This document shows positions 17,562 to 26,529 of a DNA stretch of 64,000 bases, in pieces (position 1 is the first letter of the stretch; every line of letters starts with the position of its first letter). A model generated the notes under the pieces. The model had not been told where the DNA came from and did no database searches. It worked only from the letters and a program-made list of their open reading frames with translations. The DNA lies in sequence record OR228459.1. One strand, 5' to 3'. Both the position numbers and the translations under genes were made by a program.

Positions 17562-17932
17562 CGGAGATTCAGAAATTAGTTAAAGTACTTAACAATATGC
17601 CTAAGTTGGAACAGAGCGGTGAACGTAGGCGTTTTCGCGTCATCGCTCGTGCTTTGGATAAGAAAGGCCGTGTTCTGGCAACTAAAACTAATTCCTATAC
17701 TTTGTCACATCCAGTACAGAAACACTTTGCAGTACTTGCGGGACGACCAGAGGCAATCTTTGTACATGCAGAGATTGCTACGCTGGTTGCAGCTAAAGCC
17801 AATAGAAAAGATGTACACACGTTATTAATAGCTCGTGTTGATAATGCTGGTAATCCAATTACTGCTGCTCCGTGTGAGATTTGTTCTATTGCTATAAAGA
17901 AATTCGGAGTAAAGGAAATTATTCACACATAG
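17558..17932 (+). CDS. second CDA-superfamily zinc deaminase
   Basis: FVHAEIA...APCEICS. Confidence 0.75.
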   Translation: MTEIQKLVKVLNNMPKLEQSGERRRFRVIARALDKKGRVLATKTNSYTLSHPVQKHFAVLAGRPEAIFVHAEIATLVAAKANRKDVHTLLIARVDNAGNPITAAPCEICSIAIKKFGVKEIIHT

Positions 17933-17941
17933 GAGTTATCT

Positions 17942-18382
17942 ATGAGATTAGATATTAATGATGTAGTAGGTTCTGAAAAGTATGTTGGTCAAAAGTTATG
18001 GGTTTGCGATTACCGTAAAGATATTGATAAAAAAGCAACCAGACATGTAAAGCCAACACAGGTATACATTGCCGGAAGTAGGGATTTTTGTGATGCAGGT
18101 TTAGAACCGCGAATCTATTATAGTTATGTTGGATTTGCCAAACTAAAGAAAAATGGCGAACCAAATCTAAAACAACTAATCCCACCATTCGATACATCTG
18201 GATATCGTTCATATGCTGGTATTGGAGTGGAAGTGTACGATAATGAAGAAGAATGTATTGAGGCTTATAACAAAGCAGTTGATGAAGTTGTAGAGAAGTA
18301 TGAGACGGAATTACGATATGTAATGCAACGTCTTGCGGCTGAAATGAACGAAATACGAAACCTTAAAATCACTAAGGAATAA
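17942..18382 (+). CDS. hypothetical protein (paralog of the next gene)
   Basis: AGGAG SD; shares VKP..V and YDNEEEC..AYN motifs with the next ORF. Confidence 0.75.
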   Translation: MRLDINDVVGSEKYVGQKLWVCDYRKDIDKKATRHVKPTQVYIAGSRDFCDAGLEPRIYYSYVGFAKLKKNGEPNLKQLIPPFDTSGYRSYAGIGVEVYDNEEECIEAYNKAVDEVVEKYETELRYVMQRLAAEMNEIRNLKITKE

Positions 18383-18383
18383 T

Positions 18384-18746
18384 ATGATTTATACAAGCCT
18401 TTCTCAATTTGTACAGATGGACATTGGTGCTGGAAAAGTATTCTACGTCAGCGGTTATGCTAATCCCAAATTACGTACTAAACCACTAGCAAATGTAAAA
18501 CCAGTACGTGTTACATTACACAACAATGACCCAGCCAATCCTTATCGTACTGGTATGTACTATCATGATAAACAATTAAAATTTTTATTAGCTAAAACCG
18601 ATGATGGTAAAGTAGTCAGTGCTGTTAGTGATGTTTTAGTCTTCGATACAGAAGAAGAAGCTAGAAGCTGGTACAATCAAGAAGTACAAAAAGTTGCTGA
18701 CCAATATAAAGAAAAATATGAAAAAGTATTAGGGAACTTACTATGA
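18384..18746 (+). CDS. hypothetical protein (paralog of the previous gene)
   Basis: VKPVRV and FDTEEEARSWYN. Confidence 0.75.
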   Translation: MIYTSLSQFVQMDIGAGKVFYVSGYANPKLRTKPLANVKPVRVTLHNNDPANPYRTGMYYHDKQLKFLLAKTDDGKVVSAVSDVLVFDTEEEARSWYNQEVQKVADQYKEKYEKVLGNLL

Positions 18747-19300
18747 AATCTACTACAATTGTAAATTTAGTCGGCGGCCCATGTTGCGGCAAAAGTACTA
18801 CCGCCGCTGGTCTATTTGCTGCTATGAAGCTAAAAACCAAACAAAAAGTTGAAATCGTCACTGAAGTAATCAAAGACTTTGTGTACGATGACAACAAAGG
18901 TGCAATGGCTGATCAGATTCTAATAACTGCACAGCAGAACCATCGTCTACGTCGCCTACAAGGTAAGGTTGATTTTGTTATCAGTGATGCATCTCTTCTT
19001 AATGCTGTCATTTATAATGAATTCTATAAAGATCCACACAACCTCAGTACTCAATTATCTAAAGATTTGTATGATGAGTTTGATGATAACGTTGTGTTCT
19101 TGCTACCTCGCAAACCAGAATATGACCAATATGGTCGTACTCAGAGTCTAGAAGAGGCCAAAGAGTTAGATCGCATTTTCGTTAATAAACTTAACGAATT
19201 AGAAATTGATTACTTTGATATGAGTGATTATACACACGAAATGATGCCAGAAAAGATTCTACACATTCTAGGTAGCGTCTACAAATTTGATATAAAATAA
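18743..19300 (+). CDS. P-loop AAA_28/NadR-type kinase/ATPase
   Basis: GGPCCGKSTT, VISDASLLN, YDQYGRTQSLEEA. Confidence 0.75.
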   Translation: MKSTTIVNLVGGPCCGKSTTAAGLFAAMKLKTKQKVEIVTEVIKDFVYDDNKGAMADQILITAQQNHRLRRLQGKVDFVISDASLLNAVIYNEFYKDPHNLSTQLSKDLYDEFDDNVVFLLPRKPEYDQYGRTQSLEEAKELDRIFVNKLNELEIDYFDMSDYTHEMMPEKILHILGSVYKFDIK

Positions 19301-19307
19301 TGAGGTC

Positions 19308-19496
19308 ATGATGAAAACTATCTTCCAAAAAGAGTATGATGGTGAAAGCATCCATGATGTTCAACGGGACGTAATGGAAGCATTTAATGCTAAATTTAAT
19401 CCAGTGGTTTCTGAGATACCCCAAGATGAGAATGGATTTCAAGAGGGACAATTTATGGTGACCGTCAAATGGAGTCCATATGCCGAGGAAGAATAA
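19308..19496 (+). CDS. hypothetical protein
   Basis: GAGG SD. Confidence 0.6.
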   Translation: MMKTIFQKEYDGESIHDVQRDVMEAFNAKFNPVVSEIPQDENGFQEGQFMVTVKWSPYAEEE

Positions 19497-19899
19497 TAAA
19501 TCTATTAACAAAAAAATGAAATTGCTCGCTAAAAAAGTGGCTTCAGTACTGAATATTGAACTCAATACTGAACCCACAAAGGAAATGGGTTTCCTTAATT
19601 ATGAGATTATGAGCAATAGTACTCTTAATATTGGCACTATTCATAATAGTAAATCCAAATCATTATACATCAATGTAGGTTCATATGATTTACTATCATA
19701 TAAAAGGAATGTGTTTGATGAATCAGACAAATCTTTTATTCCATCAGAAGAAGAGTACTTTATGCAAAGTACTTTGAGAGATCTTGTAATTTCTCGTGAA
19801 AAATTACAAGAACTTGAGAAATTGATGAATGAATACAAAGATAGTGTTTGTGTTGGAATTGGCCTACACGAAGAAGGATGTTATGCTACTACAGATTGA
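19480..19899 (+). CDS. hypothetical protein, FQxS-motif family
   Basis: C-terminal EEEYFMQSTLRDL. Confidence 0.7.
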   Translation: MPRKNNKSINKKMKLLAKKVASVLNIELNTEPTKEMGFLNYEIMSNSTLNIGTIHNSKSKSLYINVGSYDLLSYKRNVFDESDKSFIPSEEEYFMQSTLRDLVISREKLQELEKLMNEYKDSVCVGIGLHEEGCYATTD

Positions 19900-20326
19900 A
19901 GATCACATAGAAGTACCTCATTATTACATGTCACGATGTAAAAATGATGAACTGCTAGGATTTCTTCCAGTATTAGAGCCAGAACAGCATTCATACTACA
20001 CGGTAGAGAATATTTCACCATCAAGAGAATTTGATCGTGTTTCTCCCGTCTTTGGTTCATACAGTGATGTAATTACCGATTCTGAATATTGGTATCAGAA
20101 ACCCATTCATAAAAATGCTCGTGAAGAAGATAAACTACAGCACGAGTACTATAGAGATGAATTCTTAGAGCGTTTAGAAACTCACAAATACTGCGTATGG
20201 TTTGTGGGTTGTGATGATGGTGATAACTTCATACGCTTTGAAAGCAAAGATAAAGCACTAGAATATCTTTCTAGTATTGAATATTTTGAAGAAATATATA
20301 ATAATCCACACTGCCAGTTGTGGTAA
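19883..20326 (+). CDS. hypothetical protein
   Basis: AAGGA SD before MLLQIE. Confidence 0.7.
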   Translation: MLLQIEDHIEVPHYYMSRCKNDELLGFLPVLEPEQHSYYTVENISPSREFDRVSPVFGSYSDVITDSEYWYQKPIHKNAREEDKLQHEYYRDEFLERLETHKYCVWFVGCDDGDNFIRFESKDKALEYLSSIEYFEEIYNNPHCQLW

Positions 20327-20328
20327 TA

Positions 20329-20353
20329 AAAAGCACCCGATGGGTGCTTTTTT
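20329..20353 (+). terminator. intrinsic terminator (copy 1 of a repeat pair)
   Basis: AAAAGCACCC-GA-TGGGTGCTTTTTT. Confidence 0.85.
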
Positions 20354-20387
20354 CGTTTGGTTCTTTATTAGCCAATGTGCACTTTTC

Positions 20388-20401
20388 TTGATCTAGATCA
20401 A
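20388..20401. promoter_or_regulatory. FNR box upstream of nrdD
   Basis: TTGAT-CTAG-ATCAA, an exact match to the consensus TTGAT-N4-ATCAA, centred near -42 of the adjacent promoter. Confidence 0.75.
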
Positions 20402-20430
20402 GGGACAAACCGGGATATTGGTGATATAAT
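20402..20430 (+). promoter_or_regulatory. GGGACA-class promoter of the nrdD operon
   Basis: GGGACA-17 bp-TATAAT. Confidence 0.75.
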
Positions 20431-20477
20431 AATTGTGTACTATCTAAATAAATCACCACAATGACACGGAGAGTCGA

Positions 20478-22283
20478 ATGAAAAAAGATAATTTATATAA
20501 TGACGTTTCTGATTTTTTAAATCAAAGTAACCAAGATTTATTAAATGAAAACGCCAATAAAGATGCAAAGATAGTCAATACACATCGTGATTTACTAGCA
20601 GGAATACTTTCTAAACATTATGCAGAAGATGTTATTTCTGAAGATTTAATGAAATGGCATACAGATGGCTATGGTCACATTCATGATCTTGATTATTATA
20701 TTAGTCCATTAACTAATTGTTGTTTAGTAAACTATGAAGATATGTTAGAGAATGGATTTAAAATTGGAAATGCACAAGTTGGTACTCCCAATAGCATAGG
20801 TGTTGCAAGTACAATACTAACACAAATTGTTTTAGCAGTATCTGCTAGTCAATATGGTGGACAATCATTACCACATATTGACAAAGGCTTGGAACCATAT
20901 GTTGAAAAATCATATAAAAAACTTTTAAAACTTCAACAACAGTTCAATCTTAGTGATGATTTTGTAGAATATTCATTGAAAAAAGAAGTTTATGATGCAA
21001 TGCAAGCATTATTATATCAAGTCAATACAATAACATCTAGTAATGGACAAACACCTTTCGTTACTATAAGCCTAGGATTAAGCACTTCTAAATTTGGTAG
21101 AATGATAACAGATGCATATTTGGATGTGCATGAAAAGGGATTGGGAGTTGACGGTGCAACACCCGTTTTTCCAAAAGTTGTTTTCTTTTTACAAGAAGGT
21201 ATCAATATGAATAATAATGATATCAACTATGACTTGAAACAAAAAGCATTATCGTGTGCTGCTAAACGTATATACCCTGATTTTGTTTCAGTACCATTAA
21301 ATTTAAAAGTTACAAAAAGTACAAGTGAAGCAGTCACACCAATGGGTTGTCGTTCATTCCTTTCTCATTGGACTGATAATAACGGACACGAAAAATATAA
21401 TGGTCGATTTAATTTGGGTGTGGTTAGCATTAATCTTCCACTATTGGCCTTAGAATCATCATCTGATGGGGATTTTTTCACTAAAGTGGATTATCACATG
21501 CAAATGGCATATCGTGCACATATGAATCGTGTTGAACGTATCAAAAACATGAAAGCCAAGCAGAACCCAATTTTATTCACCGAAGGAGTACTAGCAAGAT
21601 TAAATCCAGAAGACACCATTGAATCATTGTTCTATGATGGTTATGCAAGTATTAGTATTGGTTATGTTGGTTTAGCAGAATGCTCCGAAATTTTAAAAGG
21701 AAATATTGATAAAACTTTTTGTAAATCAATTTTATCATATATGAAATCAAAATGTGAAGATTTCAAAGCTAAAAGTAAATTATCATTTAGTTTGTATGGA
21801 ACACCAGCAGAAAGTCTATGTTATAAATTCGCTAGAACAATTGAGAAAAAATACCCAGCAGTACTTAAACGAGATTTCATAACAAACTCATTCCACCAAC
21901 CAGTATGGATTGATAGTTCTCCATTTGAAAAATGGAATTATGAAGAAGGTTTTGCATTCTTGAGTAATGGTGGAAACATTAGCTACGTAGAAGCTCCAAA
22001 TCTATCCAACAATTTAAAAGCATTAGAAACACTAGTTGATTATGCATATGAACGAGTTCCTTATTTTGGTATAAACCAACCGGTAGATCGGTGTTATGAA
22101 TGCGGTTTTGAAGGTGAATTTGTAGTTGATAAAAACGGGTTCCACTGTCCGAATTGTAATAATAGAAATGACAAAACAATGTCTGTCATTAGGAGGGTTT
22201 CTGGATACCTAGGAAATCCATCTTCTAGAGGTTTTAACAAAGGAAAGCAACAAGAAGTAATTCAAAGAACTAAACATATATAA
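20478..22283 (+). CDS. nrdD: class III anaerobic ribonucleoside-triphosphate reductase, without ATP cone
   Basis: HIHDLDY, TNCCL, SQYGGQ, FPK, PMGCRSFL, GRFNLGVVSINL, YGTPAESL, CYECG..CPNC, RRVSGYLG. Confidence 0.96.
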   Translation: MKKDNLYNDVSDFLNQSNQDLLNENANKDAKIVNTHRDLLAGILSKHYAEDVISEDLMKWHTDGYGHIHDLDYYISPLTNCCLVNYEDMLENGFKIGNAQVGTPNSIGVASTILTQIVLAVSASQYGGQSLPHIDKGLEPYVEKSYKKLLKLQQQFNLSDDFVEYSLKKEVYDAMQALLYQVNTITSSNGQTPFVTISLGLSTSKFGRMITDAYLDVHEKGLGVDGATPVFPKVVFFLQEGINMNNNDINYDLKQKALSCAAKRIYPDFVSVPLNLKVTKSTSEAVTPMGCRSFLSHWTDNNGHEKYNGRFNLGVVSINLPLLALESSSDGDFFTKVDYHMQMAYRAHMNRVERIKNMKAKQNPILFTEGVLARLNPEDTIESLFYDGYASISIGYVGLAECSEILKGNIDKTFCKSILSYMKSKCEDFKAKSKLSFSLYGTPAESLCYKFARTIEKKYPAVLKRDFITNSFHQPVWIDSSPFEKWNYEEGFAFLSNGGNISYVEAPNLSNNLKALETLVDYAYERVPYFGINQPVDRCYECGFEGEFVVDKNGFHCPNCNNRNDKTMSVIRRVSGYLGNPSSRGFNKGKQQEVIQRTKHI

Positions 22284-22295
22284 GAGGTAATTATT

Positions 22296-22658
22296 ATGAC
22301 TATTAAAGCAAAACAAATTTTATCTGGTGAACATACTGGAACTATTCTAATTCATGATGGAGAAGTTGCACGTATTATTGTTTCAAAAACATTTTCAGAA
22401 AATGATGAAGTACTTTTGAATATTTTTGACAATGAAGAAATGCGTGATGTAATGATTGAAGAAACACCAAATGTCGAAGGCGGTCAACATTTAAATGTTA
22501 ATGTGTTATCACGTGAACAATTAGAAGATGCTCAAAAACATCCTGAGAAATATCCACAACTAACTATTCGTGTTTCTGGCTATGCAGTTCGTTTTAATTC
22601 CCTAACAAAAGAACAACAAGACGATGTTATTAGTCGTACATTTACAAAATCACTATGA
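22296..22658 (+). CDS. grcA: autonomous glycyl radical cofactor
   Basis: [12 protein letters not shown]...[35 protein letters not shown]. Confidence 0.95.
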   Translation: MTIKAKQILSGEHTGTILIHDGEVARIIVSKTFSENDEVLLNIFDNEEMRDVMIEETPNVEGGQHLNVNVLSREQLEDAQKHPEKYPQLTIRVSGYAVRFNSLTKEQQDDVISRTFTKSL

Positions 22659-23125
22659 ATTATCAAACAATAATTAAAGATGACTTAATAAATGGGGAGG
22701 GAGTTAGATGCTCCCTTTTTGTTTCAGGATGTAGTCATGGATGTGTAGGTTGTTTCAATGAAAAAGCATGGGATTATCGTTCAGGTCAAAAATTTAGTAC
22801 TGAAACAATAGAAATCATACGAAGCGAATTATCAAAACCACATGTATCTGGTTTATCGTTACTTGGTGGTGATCCACTTATGCCAAAAAATATAAGTACT
22901 GTTATAGATTTATGCAAACTCATTAAAGATGAATTTCCAGAAAAGAATATATGGTGTTGGAGTGGTTATACATTAGATGAAATACAAAATAATCATGCAA
23001 AATCTATTTTAAAATATATTGATGTTTTAGTTGATGGGAAATATATTGATAGTGAGAAAAATCTAAAACTTCCATATCGTGGTTCTAATAACCAACGCAT
23101 TTTGAAGAAAGATATAGATTATTAA
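22655..23125 (+). CDS. nrdG: anaerobic RNR activating enzyme (radical SAM)
   Basis: [51 protein letters not shown]. Confidence 0.96.
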   Translation: MNYQTIIKDDLINGEGVRCSLFVSGCSHGCVGCFNEKAWDYRSGQKFSTETIEIIRSELSKPHVSGLSLLGGDPLMPKNISTVIDLCKLIKDEFPEKNIWCWSGYTLDEIQNNHAKSILKYIDVLVDGKYIDSEKNLKLPYRGSNNQRILKKDIDY

Positions 23126-23156
23126 ATACATAGACCTATTGTTATAAAATAAACTA

Positions 23157-23180
23157 AAAGCACCCATTGGGTGCTTTTTT
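23157..23180 (+). terminator. intrinsic terminator (copy 2 of a repeat pair)
   Basis: AAAAGCACCC-AT-TGGGTGCTTTTTT. Confidence 0.85.
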
Positions 23181-23188
23181 TATTTCCA

Positions 23189-23196
23189 TATAAATA
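23189..23196 (+). promoter_or_regulatory. T4-type late promoter
   Basis: TATAAATA upstream of the structural trio. Confidence 0.75.
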
Positions 23197-23228
23197 CAGT
23201 ATGGATACCTTTAATATAGGGATATAAT

Positions 23229-25922
23229 ATGACAAAGAAAATACATGGTGGCCTAGATGTTACACATAATGTAACAGCACAAGGTAAACGCACAGTACAA
23301 GGAATCAATAATCAAACATTCGACGATAGCGGAAATATGGATATTGATACTTATACAAAACAAGAATTATTAGATATAGTGAGTTTAATACCTTTATCTC
23401 ACTACGGTACACATAACTACTTACCAGCAGGTGTAAGTGGTTCTTTTGATGGTGCCGCTGAAAACCAAAACTATCGGTTCAATAAAGTATTTTTAGAAAA
23501 TGATGGTACTTTAGTAATATTACGTGCAGGTACTAATGGTAGTACTGAAGGTGTATACTATGCTTACTTGCAAAATGCTTTAAACGTAGTTGATATGAAT
23601 TTATCCGTTAACACAAATAAAGAATACCGTCCGGGATATTTCGGTTCTGATAAGTATGCAAAAGGTGTTATTAGTACTGATGATAAAATTGTTGTTGGTA
23701 TATATGGAAGTCGTACTACAACCGAAACTGGCGTATTTGTTTCAATTATGAAAGGAACACTTGATGATACGCAGCATTCTGGATTTTTTATTCCTTATTC
23801 AACCGTAGCACCTGATGGTGGTTTACAATTTGCAATGCAAGCGAACGATGGTTCTATATATTTCTTTGGATTGAATAGAAATTCCAATCGTTTAGAATCG
23901 TCAGTTGTTAGAGTAGTATTTAATGAATCGGCTGGAACATACACATCCACACGCATTACTGGTTGGAATAATAAAGTATTTTATAATAGTACTGAAAATG
24001 GCACTACCAATTTGGTGTTTTTGCAAAATGTTCTTTCAAAAGATATTTCACAAAAACCATACATGTATATACCACCATCATCAATAGGTGCTGATCCTTT
24101 CATGGTTGCAGTGGATATATTTGCAGCACAAGAACCAAATTCACAAAATATAAGGATTAAAATTAATGGTGATGCATGGTGTACCAGTACAACGTACAAT
24201 ACAAGACCACAACACGGTTTCAGTTATGTAATTAATGTATCAACAAAACAAAATACATTAGATGCAGGAAATGATATAACTAATACTCCAGCACCATTGA
24301 CTATTACTGATACTGGTTCTTCTTATACAGTTTCTGGAAATGTGTTGAACCAAGATCCATTATATGACCACAGTGGTGCAAGAAATATTGGAACTGTATA
24401 TAATTATCTTCCTACTGGTGTTGTTTTTGCATGTAGTTCTCCTAATTTATCGGAACCATTAATTATGCAATCATCAAAATTTCCCGAAGGAAATGTTTTT
24501 GATTTATTAAATGTTAGAAAATATATTTCTAGTGATTATAAATCTGGTAGATTAAAACCAACATTTGGTTCAGTAATCGGCTCTTACATACGTGGTATAG
24601 AATTGTTACCAAATAATAGTACTAAAACTTATTCCATCACAACAGGTGGTTCTATTAGACCAGCATATTCAGTACACAAGCCAACACCAACCTTTACATT
24701 TAAATCAATAGATTTAGGATCAATTAAAGGTTATGAACCAACGACTGATAGAAATTTTATTGCTGACAATATTGTTAATCAAGGTATTATAAGTACAGTA
24801 TCAGGAAATAATGTTGTTTCGAATGGTGGAATTTTTGCATGTGATCAAAGATATACCCAATCATTTTCATATGATTATAAAATGAATGGTGTTGGGACAA
24901 TATCAGTAGATAAAACAGTACTTGATAATTTTAGAAATTCTGAATATTCTAAAGTGGCTTCTTCTTGGAATTTATCTTCATCAGCAACAAAAGCATGTAT
25001 ACTTTATGTACCACAACAACCAGATATACCAGCTTTTGTATTATTAAGTACTATTACTACTGGATTAGCCAATTACACTAGAGTAGTTGAAGTTGATGTT
25101 AATACGCGAGTTGGAAATATCACATCCATAACTTCACGTAGAGTAATATTAGAAAGTGCTCAGGATGGTGATTTCTCATTGAATAGTGGGGCGTTTTTTG
25201 GACAAGCAACGGTTGGAATGACAATATATGACGGAGGTTCGTTCTATTTTATTGGTTTTTCAAATATACTTTTTCATAATACTATTGGGAATACAAATAC
25301 TCCAATGTTCCGTGGAATCGTTGATAAATCTAGTAGGCAATTTAGTAATATTGTTATTAATGGATATCATCCATCATATGCAATTGGTAACCAACCAGCC
25401 GCATTACCGGGTATAGGATTTGGGGATTTCACGTCTCTTGATCAATCTAATAAAGTTGTATTCCGTCCAGTTGGGACAACTATTGCTGAATATAATGCAT
25501 GGACATATAAAGGAGATCCAATATCAGTAATATCACAAGATGTAGCACAAGGATTTATTGTTTATTTTACGGAAGAAACACCAGTACTATTAAGTGGTAA
25601 ATCATTTACGTTACCAATTACTAATATTGATTTAAGAACTGTTAAATCAAATCCAGCCAATAGTACTTTTTTCATTTATGTTAAAATGAATCAAGGTAAT
25701 GCAGAATATCATATTACATCTGAAGTTATTTCTGAAACAGGAACGACAGCTTATAATATATTCTGGATTGGTACGATAAAAACAAACTCTATACAAATTG
25801 CATCAATCGATGTGTTTAAGAGATCTAGATTGGATGTATTTGGTGCTTCATTGGAAGCGGCTGGTTCATCATTCCCGGTTAGTTATGGTCTTCCATCAAA
25901 TAATGGCACAATAAACTGGTAA
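23229..25922 (+). CDS. large virion structural protein (tail fibre/baseplate-associated candidate), paralog 1
   Basis: Late promoter; beta-rich S/T/N/G composition; N- and C-terminal modules shared with the next two ORFs. Confidence 0.6.
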   Translation: MTKKIHGGLDVTHNVTAQGKRTVQGINNQTFDDSGNMDIDTYTKQELLDIVSLIPLSHYGTHNYLPAGVSGSFDGAAENQNYRFNKVFLENDGTLVILRAGTNGSTEGVYYAYLQNALNVVDMNLSVNTNKEYRPGYFGSDKYAKGVISTDDKIVVGIYGSRTTTETGVFVSIMKGTLDDTQHSGFFIPYSTVAPDGGLQFAMQANDGSIYFFGLNRNSNRLESSVVRVVFNESAGTYTSTRITGWNNKVFYNSTENGTTNLVFLQNVLSKDISQKPYMYIPPSSIGADPFMVAVDIFAAQEPNSQNIRIKINGDAWCTSTTYNTRPQHGFSYVINVSTKQNTLDAGNDITNTPAPLTITDTGSSYTVSGNVLNQDPLYDHSGARNIGTVYNYLPTGVVFACSSPNLSEPLIMQSSKFPEGNVFDLLNVRKYISSDYKSGRLKPTFGSVIGSYIRGIELLPNNSTKTYSITTGGSIRPAYSVHKPTPTFTFKSIDLGSIKGYEPTTDRNFIADNIVNQGIISTVSGNNVVSNGGIFACDQRYTQSFSYDYKMNGVGTISVDKTVLDNFRNSEYSKVASSWNLSSSATKACILYVPQQPDIPAFVLLSTITTGLANYTRVVEVDVNTRVGNITSITSRRVILESAQDGDFSLNSGAFFGQATVGMTIYDGGSFYFIGFSNILFHNTIGNTNTPMFRGIVDKSSRQFSNIVINGYHPSYAIGNQPAALPGIGFGDFTSLDQSNKVVFRPVGTTIAEYNAWTYKGDPISVISQDVAQGFIVYFTEETPVLLSGKSFTLPITNIDLRTVKSNPANSTFFIYVKMNQGNAEYHITSEVISETGTTAYNIFWIGTIKTNSIQIASIDVFKRSRLDVFGASLEAAGSSFPVSYGLPSNNGTINW

Positions 25923-25932
25923 GGAGAAAGTT

Positions 25933-26520
25933 ATGTCCATGAAATATATAACAGATGTTAATGCAGCATCACAAATTAAGGTACAAAATAAAAATACTGG
26001 TTTATCTATTACTGCTGGTACTGGTCAGGTTTTTAATACTAATTCATCCGGGGAAATCACATTCCCCGTTTTAACCACCGATGATGTTAACTATATAACT
26101 TCAGAATTACCACTTTCACAGTATGGCGAATTATATGATGATAATTCATTGAATATAACTGCTACTGGATTTAATTTGACTTTCAATAGAGAAATACCTC
26201 TCTTCATGAGTGGTAAGTATTTTAAAGTTCCTTTACAGTCTATACCTCTAGCACCTCCATCTGGTGGTTCATATACATATTATATATATGTAAGGCTAGT
26301 TTTAGGTGAACCAATCTATACAGCCTTACGTTCTGAGGGTCAAGAAACAGAAACTTCAATGTTTATTGGAACTGCAATCGTGAGCACCACTGGCATTACA
26401 AATATTAATGTAAATAGAGTATCGAGATTTAATATCTACAGACCTAATGTTACACAAAAAGGGGCATCATTCCCCGTCAGTACAGGGCATCCTGCTCAAA
26501 CTGGTACAATCAATTGGTAA
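25933..26520 (+). CDS. short paralog containing only the shared N- and C-terminal modules
   Basis: LPLSQYG and GASFPVSTGHPAQTGTINW. Confidence 0.6.
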   Translation: MSMKYITDVNAASQIKVQNKNTGLSITAGTGQVFNTNSSGEITFPVLTTDDVNYITSELPLSQYGELYDDNSLNITATGFNLTFNREIPLFMSGKYFKVPLQSIPLAPPSGGSYTYYIYVRLVLGEPIYTALRSEGQETETSMFIGTAIVSTTGITNINVNRVSRFNIYRPNVTQKGASFPVSTGHPAQTGTINW

Positions 26521-26529
26521 GGAATTTTT

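Noticed and set aside
20423-20438. Possible NrdR box over the nrdD -10 region
   Set aside because: Only the right half (ATTGTGT) matches the palindromic consensus
20478-22283. Intron or intein in nrdD
   Set aside because: The ORF is continuous at the expected ~600 aa with all motifs in order
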